A stretch of 64,000 nucleotides of DNA. Origin: Gammaproteobacteria bacterium. Lineage in GTDB: Bacteria > Pseudomonadota > Gammaproteobacteria > DRLM01. Both the position numbers and the translations under genes were made by a program. The stretch covers positions 64,110 to 128,109 of the forward strand of contig JAHFRV010000001.1 in assembly GCA_023266095.1 (NCBI GenBank), given 5' to 3'. Below the pieces are notes generated by a model, which ran no database searches, was not told the origin of the DNA, and saw only the letters and a list, made by a program, of their open reading frames with translations. Shown in pieces: positions 11,755 to 22,065 of this stretch (position 1 is the stretch's first letter; every line of letters begins with the position of its first letter).

Positions 11755-12741
11755 ATGCGCATTGGTCCCTACAGCTTGGCCAATAACGTCATCCTCGCTC
11801 CCATGGCGGGCGTCACCGATCGCCCCTTCCGCCAGTTGTGTAAAGAGCTGGGGGCCGGCATGGCGATTTCGGAAATGGTCTCCGCCAATTCGCTGCTGTG
11901 GGGCAGCATCAAAACCCAGCGCCGCATCAATCACGTCGGTGAAATGGAACCCCGTTCGGTGCAGATCGCCGGCGCCGATCCGCGGATGATGGCCGACGCC
12001 GCGCGCCTCAACGTCGACCACGGCGCCCAGATCATCGACATCAATATGGGTTGCCCCGCTAAGAAGGTCTGCAATGTGATGGCGGGCTCCGCCTTATTGC
12101 AACACGAAGATCTGGTCGCCCGCATATTGACAGCGGTGGTCGAGGCGGTCGACGTACCGGTGACCTTGAAAATCCGCACCGGCTGGGACCCGGACCACCG
12201 CAACGGCGTCGCCATCGCCCGCATCGCCGAACAGAGCGGCATCCAGGCTCTGGCGGTGCACGGCCGTACCCGCGCCTGCGCCTACCGCGGCGAGGCGGAA
12301 TACCAAACCATCGCCGCCATCAAGGCCAGTGTCGGCATTCCGGTGATCGCCAATGGCGATATCACCAGTCCGCCCAAGGCCAAGCAGGTGCTTGAGCAAA
12401 CCGGCGCCGACGCGGTGATGATAGGCCGCGCCGCCCAGGGCGCACCCTGGCTGTTCCGCGCCATCAGCCACTACCTCACCAGCGGCGAACTCTCGGCCGA
12501 ACCGCCGGCGAGCGAGATCCGCCGTATCCTGATTCACCATCTGCACCGCTTATACGATTTCTACGGAGAACACACCGGCGTGTTGGTGGCCCGCAAGCAC
12601 ATCGCCTGGTACAGTAAAGGACAGGAAGGCGGCGCCAGTTTCCGCCAACTTATCAACCAAGCCCACAGCGCGAACGTGCAACTTCAACTCATCGAAGCCT
12701 TCTTCGACGAGCTGGAAGAACGCCTCGCCCGCGCCGCCTAA
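11755..12741 (+). CDS. dusB: tRNA-dihydrouridine synthase B
   Basis: MRIGPYSLANNVILAPMAGVTDRPFRQLC...; dusB-fis operon. Confidence 0.9.
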   Translation: MRIGPYSLANNVILAPMAGVTDRPFRQLCKELGAGMAISEMVSANSLLWGSIKTQRRINHVGEMEPRSVQIAGADPRMMADAARLNVDHGAQIIDINMGCPAKKVCNVMAGSALLQHEDLVARILTAVVEAVDVPVTLKIRTGWDPDHRNGVAIARIAEQSGIQALAVHGRTRACAYRGEAEYQTIAAIKASVGIPVIANGDITSPPKAKQVLEQTGADAVMIGRAAQGAPWLFRAISHYLTSGELSAEPPASEIRRILIHHLHRLYDFYGEHTGVLVARKHIAWYSKGQEGGASFRQLINQAHSANVQLQLIEAFFDELEERLARAA

Positions 12742-12754
12742 GAAATAACGAACC

Positions 12755-13048
12755 ATGCCCATCACCGCAGAACAAAATACGCTACGTCCCGCCGAGCCTC
12801 ACCCCCAACAAGAACGGCGCAAGCAGCCTCTCGGCAGCGCCGTCGAAACAGCCCTGCGTCATTATTTTCGCGATATGGACGATCACCCGCCGGAGAACGT
12901 CTATGAGCTGGTGATCCGTGAAGTAGAACGTCCCTTGTTCGAGGCCGTGATGCACCACACGCGGGGCAACCAAAGCAAGGCCGCCAAGATCCTCGGCATC
13001 AACCGCAGCACCTTACGCAAAAAACTCGAACATTACGGCCTCGGCTGA
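12755..13048 (+). CDS. fis: DNA-binding protein Fis
   Basis: 97 aa ending ...KAAKILGINRSTLRKKLEHYGLG. Confidence 0.92.
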   Translation: MPITAEQNTLRPAEPHPQQERRKQPLGSAVETALRHYFRDMDDHPPENVYELVIREVERPLFEAVMHHTRGNQSKAAKILGINRSTLRKKLEHYGLG

Positions 13049-13132
13049 TACCCACGGCTACGCGGACCCGGCACGGCGTCTCGTAGCGGCGGTGCGGACA
13101 ATTCGTCGATAGACAACAGAGAGCAGCAACGC

Positions 13133-14701
13133 ATGAACAAAATTCAACGGGCATTGATCAGCGTGTCCGACAAGACCGGCGTGGTGGACTTCGCCCGTGC
13201 TTTGAGCGAACACGGCGTGGAGATCCTCTCCACCGGCGGCACCGCAAAATTACTGCGCGAGGCTGGCATTGCCGTCATCGATGTTGCCGAGCACACCGGC
13301 TTCCCGGAAATGATGGACGGCCGCATCAAGACCCTGCATCCCAAGATCCATGGCGGCCTGCTGGGACGGCGCGGCGCCGACGAGGCGGTGATGACGCAAC
13401 ACGGCATCGCGCCCATCGATTTGGTGGCGGTGAATCTCTATCCCTTCGAACAGACCGTAGCGAAAAAGGATTGCACACTCGCCGACGCCATCGAGAATAT
13501 CGACATCGGCGGCCCGACCATGCTGCGCAGCGCGGCGAAGAATCACGCGGCGGTCACCGTGGTGATGGACAGCGCCGATTACCCGCGGGTGTTGAACGAG
13601 ATGCGCGACCATCACGGTGCGGTGAGCGACGCCACCCGTTTCGATCTCGCGGTGAAAACCTTCGAGCACACCGCCCGCTACGACGGCGCCATCGCCAATT
13701 ACCTCGGCGCCATTCAACCCGGCGGCGAACATGCGCGTTTCCCCCGCACTTACAGCAGCCAATTCATCAAGGCGCAGGACTTGCGCTACGGCGAGAACCC
13801 CCATCAGGCTGCGGCGTTTTACGTCGAACAGCGGCCGGCGGAAGCCAGCGTGTCCACCGCGCGCCAACTGCAAGGCAAGGAACTCTCCTTCAACAACATC
13901 GCCGACACCGACGCCGCGCTGGAATGCGTGAAGAGTTTCGATGAAGACCCGGCCTGCGTCATCGTCAAACACGCCAATCCCTGCGGCGTGGCGGTGGGCA
14001 CCACCCTGCTCGACGCCTACAACCGCGCCTATCAAACCGATCCCACCTCCGCCTTCGGCGGCATCATCGCCTTCAATCAAACCTTGGACGCGCACACCGC
14101 CAAGACCATCATCGAACGGCAATTCGTCGAGGTGATCATCGCGCCCGCCGTCGCCGATGAAGCACTGACCATACTCGCCGCTAAAAAGAACGTGCGGGTA
14201 TTGAGCTGCGGCACATGGAGCAAACAGCCCGCCGCGGCTTTGGATTACAAACGCGTCAACGGCGGATTATTAATCCAGGACCGCGACACCGGCATGGCCA
14301 GCCGCGACGATCTGAAAGTGGTGACGCAACGCGCGCCCACCGAGGATGAGCTGCGCGATTTATTATTCGCCTGGAAAGTGGCGAAATTCGTCAAATCCAA
14401 TGCCATCGTCTACGCCAAAAACACCATGACCATCGGCGTCGGCGCGGGGCAGATGAGCCGCGTCTACAGCGCCCGCATCGCCGCCATCAAGGCCGCGGAC
14501 GCCGGCCTGCAAGTAAGCGGTTCGGTGATGGCCTCCGACGCCTTCTTTCCCTTCCGCGACGGCTTGGACAGCGCGGCGGATGTCGGCATATCCGCCGTCA
14601 TCCAACCCGGCGGCTCGCTGCGCGACGACGAAGTCATCCAAGCGGCCAACCAGCACGGCATCGCCATGGTCTTCACCGGCATGCGGCATTTCCGGCATTG
14701 A
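13133..14701 (+). CDS. purH: Bifunctional AICAR transformylase / IMP cyclohydrolase
   Basis: 522 aa [24 protein letters not shown]... Confidence 0.97.
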   Translation: MNKIQRALISVSDKTGVVDFARALSEHGVEILSTGGTAKLLREAGIAVIDVAEHTGFPEMMDGRIKTLHPKIHGGLLGRRGADEAVMTQHGIAPIDLVAVNLYPFEQTVAKKDCTLADAIENIDIGGPTMLRSAAKNHAAVTVVMDSADYPRVLNEMRDHHGAVSDATRFDLAVKTFEHTARYDGAIANYLGAIQPGGEHARFPRTYSSQFIKAQDLRYGENPHQAAAFYVEQRPAEASVSTARQLQGKELSFNNIADTDAALECVKSFDEDPACVIVKHANPCGVAVGTTLLDAYNRAYQTDPTSAFGGIIAFNQTLDAHTAKTIIERQFVEVIIAPAVADEALTILAAKKNVRVLSCGTWSKQPAAALDYKRVNGGLLIQDRDTGMASRDDLKVVTQRAPTEDELRDLLFAWKVAKFVKSNAIVYAKNTMTIGVGAGQMSRVYSARIAAIKAADAGLQVSGSVMASDAFFPFRDGLDSAADVGISAVIQPGGSLRDDEVIQAANQHGIAMVFTGMRHFRH

Positions 14702-14915
14702 TTCAACGCATCAACAAGATCAGAGAGTGGTACGCCCGCTGGGCTTCCGCTCTATGATCTTATAAAGGAAGCTCTGAATAATTCCATTCTGGAATTCTCA
14801 GATGGCCGCGCCGTCGCCAGACTCAGGTCGTCTCCCACCCTCCCCTTAAACTGCGATAAAACATAATCGAAGCATGACGAGGCTGCTCAACCAAGCGGCA
14901 GGCCGAATCGTACAT

Positions 14916-14949
14916 AAAAAAAACCGGAGGTACATTGCTGTACCTCCGG
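14916..14949 (-). terminator. Rho-independent terminator downstream of the 921-aa lipoprotein gene (CCGGAGGTACA stem, TTGC loop, U-run on the minus strand)
   Basis: Perfect 11-bp stem; A8 run on plus strand gives T8 after the hairpin on the minus strand. Confidence 0.55.
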
Positions 14950-14988
14950 CCAAGGGGAGAGACACATCCGTGTCACTCCTAGGTTGGA

Positions 14989-17754
14989 TTATTCCACCAC
15001 TTTACCTTCCGAGTACTTCACCACCGTACCGGTGGGCAAGGCGCCCATATTGTGGTCGACGAAGGTAGGCATGCCGCTGTCCAATGACACGCCGGCCGCT
15101 TGATCGATGGCGGGTGCATTGACGGGCGTGCTGACCTCGTTGAGGAACACGCTCACCTCCAGTGGCTTCAGATAGTACTGGACGTTATCGCCGCCGGTAA
15201 CCAAGGTGCCCGCCGGGATATTGATCACCTTGCTGGAGATACTGGCGTCCATCACCCAGTTGTTCTTCGACAGTTCGTTGTACAGATCGGGCAGACCGTG
15301 CATCCAACCGTCGAATTGCAGCGACAAAGGTTTGTTGACCGGATCACCGGCGGCATTGACCGCACTGCCGGCAGCCACGGTGATCTGAATCGGATCGGAC
15401 AAAATCAGATAACTATTGCCGTTGACCAGGAACTGCTGCGTACCCCAACCGCCATCCTGCGAATACTCCCAATTGAATTCCACCGGACGTTGATCGGCAG
15501 TCAGCGTGAACGGATCCGCCGTCACCGGCGTGCCGTCCGCCTTCAGCGGTTTGTCATCCGTGAAATCACTGGGCGTGCCGTTGTCGTTGTAGGCGCGCAG
15601 ACCCCATTCGCCGCTGTCATGCACCGTGCCCACCTCGTCGTCCTGGGTATTGGGATCATCGGTGAGATTAACCAGTTTGAGGAAACTGGGGTTGGCCGTA
15701 TCACTCTCCAATTTAAACCGCACATCAGGCCGCCACGGTGCACGCAAATAACTGGTACCTGCCGGCAAGATGTCGCTGAAGTTCACCGGATTGGCGGCGG
15801 TCTGCAACTCGATCCACACCTCGTAGTCGCCGGCGACGATCGACGTATTGGCGTTTTTGCGTTTCACCACGAAGTTGGCGCCCTTGCTGTTGATGTAATA
15901 ATCACGGCCCGGCTCCGGGGTGAAAGCACTGTCACCGCCTTCGACGAAGGTGGCCGTCCAGGTCTGCTGGTCGAAGCTCGCGACTTGCTTCTGCACCCAA
16001 CCGGTGGTGGTGACGGGACCGGCGTAATCGCCCGTGTATTGAATGTAGACCGAACCGCCGATATTGACGCCGAGATTGTCGCCGTCATTGGGGACGAATT
16101 TTGCCGCAGGACTCACCGGACTCAGACGACCCATGTTGTCGCGATTGGCTTCATAGAAGCCCGTGTCGTTATAGCCGCTCAAAGTATCCGGATCAGCGGC
16201 GAGGTACATATAGTCCTTGGGCATTTGATTCAGGTTATCCCAACGACCGATGTGCACTTGCTTGCGGTCGTTCTCACTCATCACCAGTGCAGCGTAGTCA
16301 TCAAACGTGCTGAAGCCGATATTGGAATTATCACCGGGGTCTTTGCAGGTCGGTGACCCGTTGAAATCGATGTAGCCCGTGCAGTATTTCCAGGCGCCGG
16401 CGGTAGCGTCCCAGCGCAGATCGAAGTGTTTGCTGATGAAGGTTTCCACCGCGATATTTTGAATATCGCTGAATTCACCCGCCACCAGTCTGCGCTTGGT
16501 CAGCGTACCGGTGAAAGGCGCGGACACGGTGTAGGTCTCGGCGGTTTGGTTGGGACCCCGATCTTCGCGGGTCATCACCGTGCCGGCGGGAATCTCACCA
16601 TTGGGTCCGCCGCCCCAGATTTGATGACGACCCTGCCAGGCGCCGTAATAAGCGTGCTGGGTGGCGCCGTTGGCGTCGGTGTAACGCAGCGGAAAACCGA
16701 AGGCCCGGTGTTTCTGCACATCGTCACCGGCGGCGATGCCCGCGCCGGCATTGGCATCGGCGTAGAACAGGCCGTAGCGGCGCGCGAATTCAGTCTTGCC
16801 ATTGCGGTCTTTATACACCACCGGGCCGGCAACGGCGCCTTCGATTTTCTGTAAGGCGAGGTAATCGCCGTTGTAGGCGTAATTCACTTCATTCGTGACC
16901 TGCTGGCAAGGCCCACCGTTGCATTGCATGTCGGGAAACTGCACCTTGCCGTAACCCTGCGAGCCCGAGCGGTACATCACCGCCTTGGTGTCGAAGGTCA
17001 TGGTCTGACCTTGCTCTTCACGGTTTTGATGTTCATTGATCTTGAGCACGGTCTGGCCGTTGACCACACGCGCGCTGGCGGCGAAAAAGTCGCTGCCGCT
17101 GTCATTGAATTTGACGTTGAGATCCCATTCGCCGTAATTGGCGTAGGATCCATCGGCGTTCTGGGTAGCGGCGCTGTAAACTTTGAATTCGGCCTTAATC
17201 AGCTTGGGTGTGCCGCCTTCGTTCTCTTCGATCCAGGCCAGCAGGCGATTCACGTCCTGGCCGTTCACCACGATCATCCGCGACTCCACCACCCAGGGTT
17301 GCAGTTGCTTGATCTCCACCCCGTTCTGCTCGTCTTCCCAGGCGATCATCGCCGTGTAGGGACCGGCATTGATATTCGCCGGATCGGCATATTTGGTTTG
17401 CGCCAAAGCGCTCATGACTTGTTCGACGATATCGAACTGTTCCAAGGAGCGCTCTTCGACGAACTTGCGGGTGGAAACCTTGTTGTAATCCGATGTGGCG
17501 GGCAGATCGGCCACCGCGCTGGCCAAGGCACGCAAGCGTGAGGTCAGCCCACGCGCCAACTGCGCGGTGGTGCCACTGTTGTCCGCCGGCACGGCGGAAA
17601 TCTCGGTCGGCAGGGCATAACCGGTACTGAGGGACGACAATACCTCGCCATCGGCATTGGTGTTTTGGGTGTTATCGCTCACCGAGCTGCTGCCACCTCC
17701 GCATGCGGTCAAGCCCATGGCGGCGGTGATCAAAACTACAAGTTCTCGTTTCAT
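14989..17754 (-). CDS. Large (921 aa) predicted lipoprotein of unknown function (signal peptide + lipobox LTAC; no recognisable domain)
   Basis: Long uninterrupted ORF; N-terminus MKRELVVLITAAMGLTACGGGSS; good coding character; own terminator. Confidence 0.6.
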   Translation of the reverse strand: MKRELVVLITAAMGLTACGGGSSSVSDNTQNTNADGEVLSSLSTGYALPTEISAVPADNSGTTAQLARGLTSRLRALASAVADLPATSDYNKVSTRKFVEERSLEQFDIVEQVMSALAQTKYADPANINAGPYTAMIAWEDEQNGVEIKQLQPWVVESRMIVVNGQDVNRLLAWIEENEGGTPKLIKAEFKVYSAATQNADGSYANYGEWDLNVKFNDSGSDFFAASARVVNGQTVLKINEHQNREEQGQTMTFDTKAVMYRSGSQGYGKVQFPDMQCNGGPCQQVTNEVNYAYNGDYLALQKIEGAVAGPVVYKDRNGKTEFARRYGLFYADANAGAGIAAGDDVQKHRAFGFPLRYTDANGATQHAYYGAWQGRHQIWGGGPNGEIPAGTVMTREDRGPNQTAETYTVSAPFTGTLTKRRLVAGEFSDIQNIAVETFISKHFDLRWDATAGAWKYCTGYIDFNGSPTCKDPGDNSNIGFSTFDDYAALVMSENDRKQVHIGRWDNLNQMPKDYMYLAADPDTLSGYNDTGFYEANRDNMGRLSPVSPAAKFVPNDGDNLGVNIGGSVYIQYTGDYAGPVTTTGWVQKQVASFDQQTWTATFVEGGDSAFTPEPGRDYYINSKGANFVVKRKNANTSIVAGDYEVWIELQTAANPVNFSDILPAGTSYLRAPWRPDVRFKLESDTANPSFLKLVNLTDDPNTQDDEVGTVHDSGEWGLRAYNDNGTPSDFTDDKPLKADGTPVTADPFTLTADQRPVEFNWEYSQDGGWGTQQFLVNGNSYLILSDPIQITVAAGSAVNAAGDPVNKPLSLQFDGWMHGLPDLYNELSKNNWVMDASISSKVINIPAGTLVTGGDNVQYYLKPLEVSVFLNEVSTPVNAPAIDQAAGVSLDSGMPTFVDHNMGALPTGTVVKYSEGKVVE

Positions 17755-17949
17755 ATGTTTCTGGTCTCCTCATGTGATACACGACAAATGGATCGGTGGC
17801 GGCCCGTTATGAGCACGGTGATCAATTCTTGTTTATGGAACTCGCATCCAGAAGGGTTCCGAACGCGGCTGATGAACTAGCTGGGGTATCGGTAAGACGG
17901 GAATTTAAATTAAGGCGATTTTCTTAGTGGGTGTCTGGAAATCGGCGAT

Positions 17950-17965
17950 TTGTGATGGCTGTCAC
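17950..17965. promoter_or_regulatory. CRP/Vfr-type palindrome TGTGA-N6-TCACA about 195 bp upstream of the lipoprotein gene start
   Basis: Perfect TGTGATGGCTGTCACA in an intergenic region; function unverified. Confidence 0.3.
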
Positions 17966-18184
17966 AAATGAGTAACGATACGAGTCGGATAGAGAAAGGC
18001 GACGTGGAGGTCTTGGAGGAAGTGCAATAAGTATTCATGCTGGCGGAGACTCTGCCGCCCTGGGTAGACGATGTGCGCGAGGTTTTTAGGGGCCCGGCGG
18101 GAGCGGCGGACACTGCCAAGCTGGGGAGCGTCGCGCCTTTGCGGCGTCCCGCTTGAGCGCCGAGTTGGGCGTATCTTCATCTGC

Positions 18185-18616
18185 CTATTCAGCATGACGG
18201 ATAACCCACAAATACGGCGAAAGAAAAATCGCGATTAGTCCGATTGACTGAAGCGCTACAGCCAGAGTGCCTTTGGCTGGTTGTCGATTGAGCCATGTTA
18301 ATGACACAAAGAGAAGAATTGGCATTCCTACTATGAGCGACCAGCGGAGCCCAGATACGTTGGAAATTTGAACCGCGAATAGGGGCAACCACGATCCCAT
18401 GAACAATCCAGCGACTGCGCTGAGGGCGGCCAGTATGATTGTTAAGTTCCGGACGAAGGCGATCATGTGGTTCGCGATACCCAACACCCGATAGGCGCCG
18501 TCCATACCGGCGGCGCGATCACTCATCAGCAGATTGACGTAGTGAAACTCAGCGGCGAACGCGGGCGAAGCAGATAGGGCGAGCGCACCGGCCAGCCGCC
18601 CGTGCACCCGCCCCAA
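18185..18616 (-). CDS. Hypothetical small membrane protein (3-4 TM helices), possibly a gene fragment
   Basis: 143-aa ORF with hydrophobic helices; weak support. Confidence 0.3.
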   Translation of the reverse strand: MGRVHGRLAGALALSASPAFAAEFHYVNLLMSDRAAGMDGAYRVLGIANHMIAFVRNLTIILAALSAVAGLFMGSWLPLFAVQISNVSGLRWSLIVGMPILLFVSLTWLNRQPAKGTLAVALQSIGLIAIFLSPYLWVIRHAE

Positions 18617-18813
18617 AATCGTCTGACTTCTCTGCCGCGATCATTCATTACTTCGCGTCCTTGAGTCGTTGTCGCCGCAGGGATGTCGGCTGCCGGCCCT
18701 CGGAACATTAGGACAACCCTGATGCGTCCGACGCTCACGCGGGAAAACACCGCGCACAAGAAGTTACCAGCGATGCGGGCAGGGCGCTAATAAACGATCA
18801 TACACCCTCTCAC

Positions 18814-18842
18814 TTGACAACTCCCGCAAGCCCATCTATCTT
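18814..18842 (+). promoter_or_regulatory. Putative sigma70 promoter of the ncgA-like operon (-35 TTGACA, 17-bp spacer, -10 TATCTT)
   Basis: Perfect -35 hexamer and acceptable -10 about 125 bp upstream of the MCO start. Confidence 0.35.
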
Positions 18843-18854
18843 TTGTAGAACGTA

Positions 18855-18878
18855 AAGATGCATTTACTATATATCTTT
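18855..18878. promoter_or_regulatory. NsrR-like operator: half-site AAGATGCATTT inside an imperfect palindrome AAAGAT-N13-ATCTTT, just downstream of the -10
   Basis: Left half matches the gamma/beta-proteobacterial NsrR box (AAGATGCATTT...); positioned where a repressor would occlude the TSS. Confidence 0.4.
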
Positions 18879-18968
18879 ATGCTGGGTACTGGGTCCCATG
18901 GACGAGCCGCGGAGCAAAAGCCCGGATTGGACTCGTAATTTTCGGCAGCGGACGAGGAGCGGCGGCAC

Positions 18969-20045
18969 ATGCGGCGACTGAACAGCAGGTGCTTAACCTT
19001 GGTAGCGGCGCTGGTAGTAGCCATGCCGGCCTGGGCCGAGCCACGGGAATTTGATCTCACCATCGACGAGATGAAGATACGCGTCGCGCCCGACCTGGAA
19101 TACCAAGTGTTCGCCTTCAACGGCCAGGTGCCCGCCCCGCTGTTACACGTGAAAGAGGGCGATGACATCAGCGTCCACGTCACAAACAATACCACCCTGC
19201 CCCACACCATCCACTGGCATGGCCAGTATCAGCGCAACAACTGGCGCATGGACGGCATACCCGGCGTCACCCAGAAAGCCATCGAACCCGGCGAGACTTT
19301 CACCTATAAATTCAAGGCCGAAAAGACCGGCAGCACCTGGTATCACTGCCACGTCAATGTCAGCGAGCACGTCGGTATCCGCGGCATGTGGGGGCCCTTG
19401 ATCGTCGACCCGGCCAAACCTTCGGCGCTGGAGAAGAAGGTGACCAAGGACGTGATCATGATGCTGAGCTCGTGGGATTCCGAATACGCCGACAAGCTCG
19501 GTTCGGGCGGCGGTCCGCTGGACCGGCCCAATTATTTCTCCATCAACGGCCGTTCCTTTCCGCTGACCCAGCCCATCAATGTCAAAGAAGGTGATGTGGT
19601 GCGGCTGCGCCTGTTCGGCGCCGGCGCGGAGATCCACTCCATCCACACCCACGGCCACGACATGTTGATCACGCATAAGGACGGCCTCGCGCTACCGGCG
19701 CCCTATTACGCCGACACCCTGCTCATCGGCCCGGGCGAACGCTACGACGCCATCATCGAAATGAACAATCCCGGCCTGTGGATGGTGCACGACCACGTCG
19801 ACCCGCACGTCACCAACAACGGTAAACACGGCGGCGGCGTCATGACCCTCATCGCCTATGAAGGCATCGAGCCGGCCGTCGAGGACGATCCGCATGCCGG
19901 GCTCCCCAATGACGACGCCGATTTTTACTACAGCGAGTCGATGAAAAAGCCCCATGGTCTGCACAATAACCCGCACTTCAAAGGCACGCCCTTGCAGGGC
20001 CAGAGCCGGCGCGAACGCAAGCGAGGTGATCATGAGAGTCATTAA
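18969..20045 (+). CDS. ncgA: Two-domain multicopper oxidase (NcgA-like), secreted
   Basis: Signal peptide; copper ligand motifs HWHG, HCH, HTHGH, HDH; 358 aa as expected for a 2-domain MCO. Confidence 0.85.
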   Translation: MRRLNSRCLTLVAALVVAMPAWAEPREFDLTIDEMKIRVAPDLEYQVFAFNGQVPAPLLHVKEGDDISVHVTNNTTLPHTIHWHGQYQRNNWRMDGIPGVTQKAIEPGETFTYKFKAEKTGSTWYHCHVNVSEHVGIRGMWGPLIVDPAKPSALEKKVTKDVIMMLSSWDSEYADKLGSGGGPLDRPNYFSINGRSFPLTQPINVKEGDVVRLRLFGAGAEIHSIHTHGHDMLITHKDGLALPAPYYADTLLIGPGERYDAIIEMNNPGLWMVHDHVDPHVTNNGKHGGGVMTLIAYEGIEPAVEDDPHAGLPNDDADFYYSESMKKPHGLHNNPHFKGTPLQGQSRRERKRGDHESH

Positions 20046-20718
20046 TACATTATTGATCGTGACTGTGATGGGACTGTCTGCTGGCATTGCAACCGCGGAC
20101 GACGACCTGCTCCAGTCGCAGTGCGCGAGTTGCCACAACCTCACCGGTCCGGTGCCCGCCACGCTGAAAGCCTTGTGGGAACGCAAAGGGCCGGACCTGT
20201 TCTACGCCGGCGTGAAATACAAAGCCGACTGGATCGAGCAGTGGCTACAGAAGCCGGCGCGCATCCGCCCGGCCGGTATGTTTTACGCCGATCACATCCG
20301 CACCGAGAACGGCGCCGATGTCATCGACACTGCCACACTCACTGCGCACCCGAGCTTGAATGCGGAACAGGCCCGCGCCGCCGCCGCCACGCTGATGAAA
20401 CTGAAGGCCAACAGCGATCTGGTCAAGCCCGGCGAATTCAAATCCGGCCCCATGTCGCTCGCGAGCGGCGAGATGTTGTTCGACAAGTTCAAGGGCTGCC
20501 TCGCCTGCCATGAGATCGAACCCGGTTATGGTGGGCTGTCGGGACCCGAGATGTACAGCGCCGGCCATCGCCTGCAGGAGGACTACACGGTGAGTTATCT
20601 GCGCAATCCCCAGGCCTGGGATCCCAAGGGCTACATGCCCAACCGCCACCTCAGCGACACCGATCTGCAGAAACTGGTCAACTATCTGCGGGTATTGGCC
20701 GAGGAGAGCAAACCATGA
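20032..20718 (+). CDS. ncgB: Dihaem c-type cytochrome (NcgB-like)
   Basis: Signal peptide MRVINTLLIVTVMGLSAGIATA; two CxxCH motifs (CASCH, CLACH); start set at internal Met. Confidence 0.8.
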   Translation: MRVINTLLIVTVMGLSAGIATADDDLLQSQCASCHNLTGPVPATLKALWERKGPDLFYAGVKYKADWIEQWLQKPARIRPAGMFYADHIRTENGADVIDTATLTAHPSLNAEQARAAAATLMKLKANSDLVKPGEFKSGPMSLASGEMLFDKFKGCLACHEIEPGYGGLSGPEMYSAGHRLQEDYTVSYLRNPQAWDPKGYMPNRHLSDTDLQKLVNYLRVLAEESKP

Positions 20719-21083
20719 ATCGCATCGCCTATCGCCTCGTTTGCGGACTGGGCCTGAGCGCCGCCCTCATCGCCACACCAGCGCTGGCCAAGGAATCGGC
20801 CGCCGACAATTACCGCACCTACTGCGTGCAGTGTCATGGCGCGCAGGGCAACGGCAAGGGCATCAATGTCCGCGATATGTCGGTGTTACCGCGCGATCAC
20901 ACCGACGCCAAGGAGATGGGCGCGCGCTCCGACGCGGACATCTTCAAGGTCATCAAGCAAGGCGGCGTCGCCCTCAACAAGTCGGCGCTGATGCCGGCCT
21001 GGGGCGACATCCTGTCCGACGACGAGATTAACGATCTGGTCCAACACCTCAGAACGTTATGCAAGTGCAGTTACGGCAAGTAG
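20715..21083 (+). CDS. ncgC: Monohaem class I c-type cytochrome (NcgC-like)
   Basis: Signal peptide, single CVQCH haem-binding motif, 122 aa; 4-bp overlap with upstream gene. Confidence 0.8.
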   Translation: MNRIAYRLVCGLGLSAALIATPALAKESAADNYRTYCVQCHGAQGNGKGINVRDMSVLPRDHTDAKEMGARSDADIFKVIKQGGVALNKSALMPAWGDILSDDEINDLVQHLRTLCKCSYGK

Positions 21084-21114
21084 CCGGGTCATTCAGCAAC
21101 TGGAGGGAAGATAT

Positions 21115-22059
21115 ATGAGTATCGGTAATAGAACGACCATCGCTTTGGCATTGACGGCGCTGCTCGCCGCGCCCGCGGCGTGGTCCGCCACCGTCAAGGT
21201 GACGATGCACGCCAAAGAAACCAAGGTAACGATAGACAACAAAGGCACGGAGTATCCGGCCTGGACCTTCGACGGCACCATTCCCGGCCCCGTCATCCGC
21301 GTCACGCAGGGCGACACCGTCGAATTCGAGTTGATCAACGACGCCACCAACAAGGAAAGCCACTCCATGGACTTCCACGCCGCGGTGGTCGACGTGCTCG
21401 ACGAGTTCGCCCCGATCAAGCCCGGCCAGAGCAAGAAATTCAAGTTCGACGCCAAATACCCGGGCACCTTCATGTACCACTGCGGTTCCATGCCCATGCA
21501 CCAGCACATCGCTCGCGGCATGTACGGCGTCATCATCGTCGATCCCAAGGGCGGGTTCACCAAAGACTTCCCCAAACCGGATCGTGAATACGTCGTGGTG
21601 CAGGGCCAGTTCTTCCCCAACGCCGACGATCACCATGCCATGATGGACAATGTCGGTTACAGCAACACCCTCATCAACGGCAAGATCTTCCACTACGATC
21701 CGGTGCACGATCCAGATGCCAAGCTGGTGCTGGAGGCCAAGCCCGGTGAGCGTGTGCGCATTCACTACGTCAACGCCAACATCAACCTGCCGGCGGCCAT
21801 CCACCCCATCGCCGGCATCTGGGACAAGGTGTACCTCAACGGCAACCCCAAAAACGTCCTTGAGGGCATGGCCACGGTGCAACTCGGCGTGTCCGAGGCC
21901 GCCAGCCTCGACATCGTCTCGCCAGCCGACCACGCCACCAACAACGCCATCGTCGATCATACGATGGGGGCGGCGATGCGGGGCGCCATCACCGTGCTGA
22001 TGAACAAGCCGGATGCCGACCCCACGCTCGGCAAAGGCGACAAGATCATCCTGCGCTGA
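21115..22059 (+). CDS. nirK: Copper-containing nitrite reductase NirK-like cupredoxin protein
   Basis: Signal peptide; HSMDFHAA (T1/T2 Cu His pair) and YHCGSMPMHQHIARGM (His-Cys...His...Met) matching NirK copper-site spacing. Confidence 0.75.
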   Translation: MSIGNRTTIALALTALLAAPAAWSATVKVTMHAKETKVTIDNKGTEYPAWTFDGTIPGPVIRVTQGDTVEFELINDATNKESHSMDFHAAVVDVLDEFAPIKPGQSKKFKFDAKYPGTFMYHCGSMPMHQHIARGMYGVIIVDPKGGFTKDFPKPDREYVVVQGQFFPNADDHHAMMDNVGYSNTLINGKIFHYDPVHDPDAKLVLEAKPGERVRIHYVNANINLPAAIHPIAGIWDKVYLNGNPKNVLEGMATVQLGVSEAASLDIVSPADHATNNAIVDHTMGAAMRGAITVLMNKPDADPTLGKGDKIILR

Positions 22060-22065
22060 GCGGGT

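Noticed and set aside
18185-18616. Possibility that the 143-aa membrane ORF is the nsrR regulator of the adjacent operon
   Set aside because: The sequence is polytopic-membrane-like with no Rrf2 helix-turn-helix or Cys cluster; kept as a low-confidence hypothetical.
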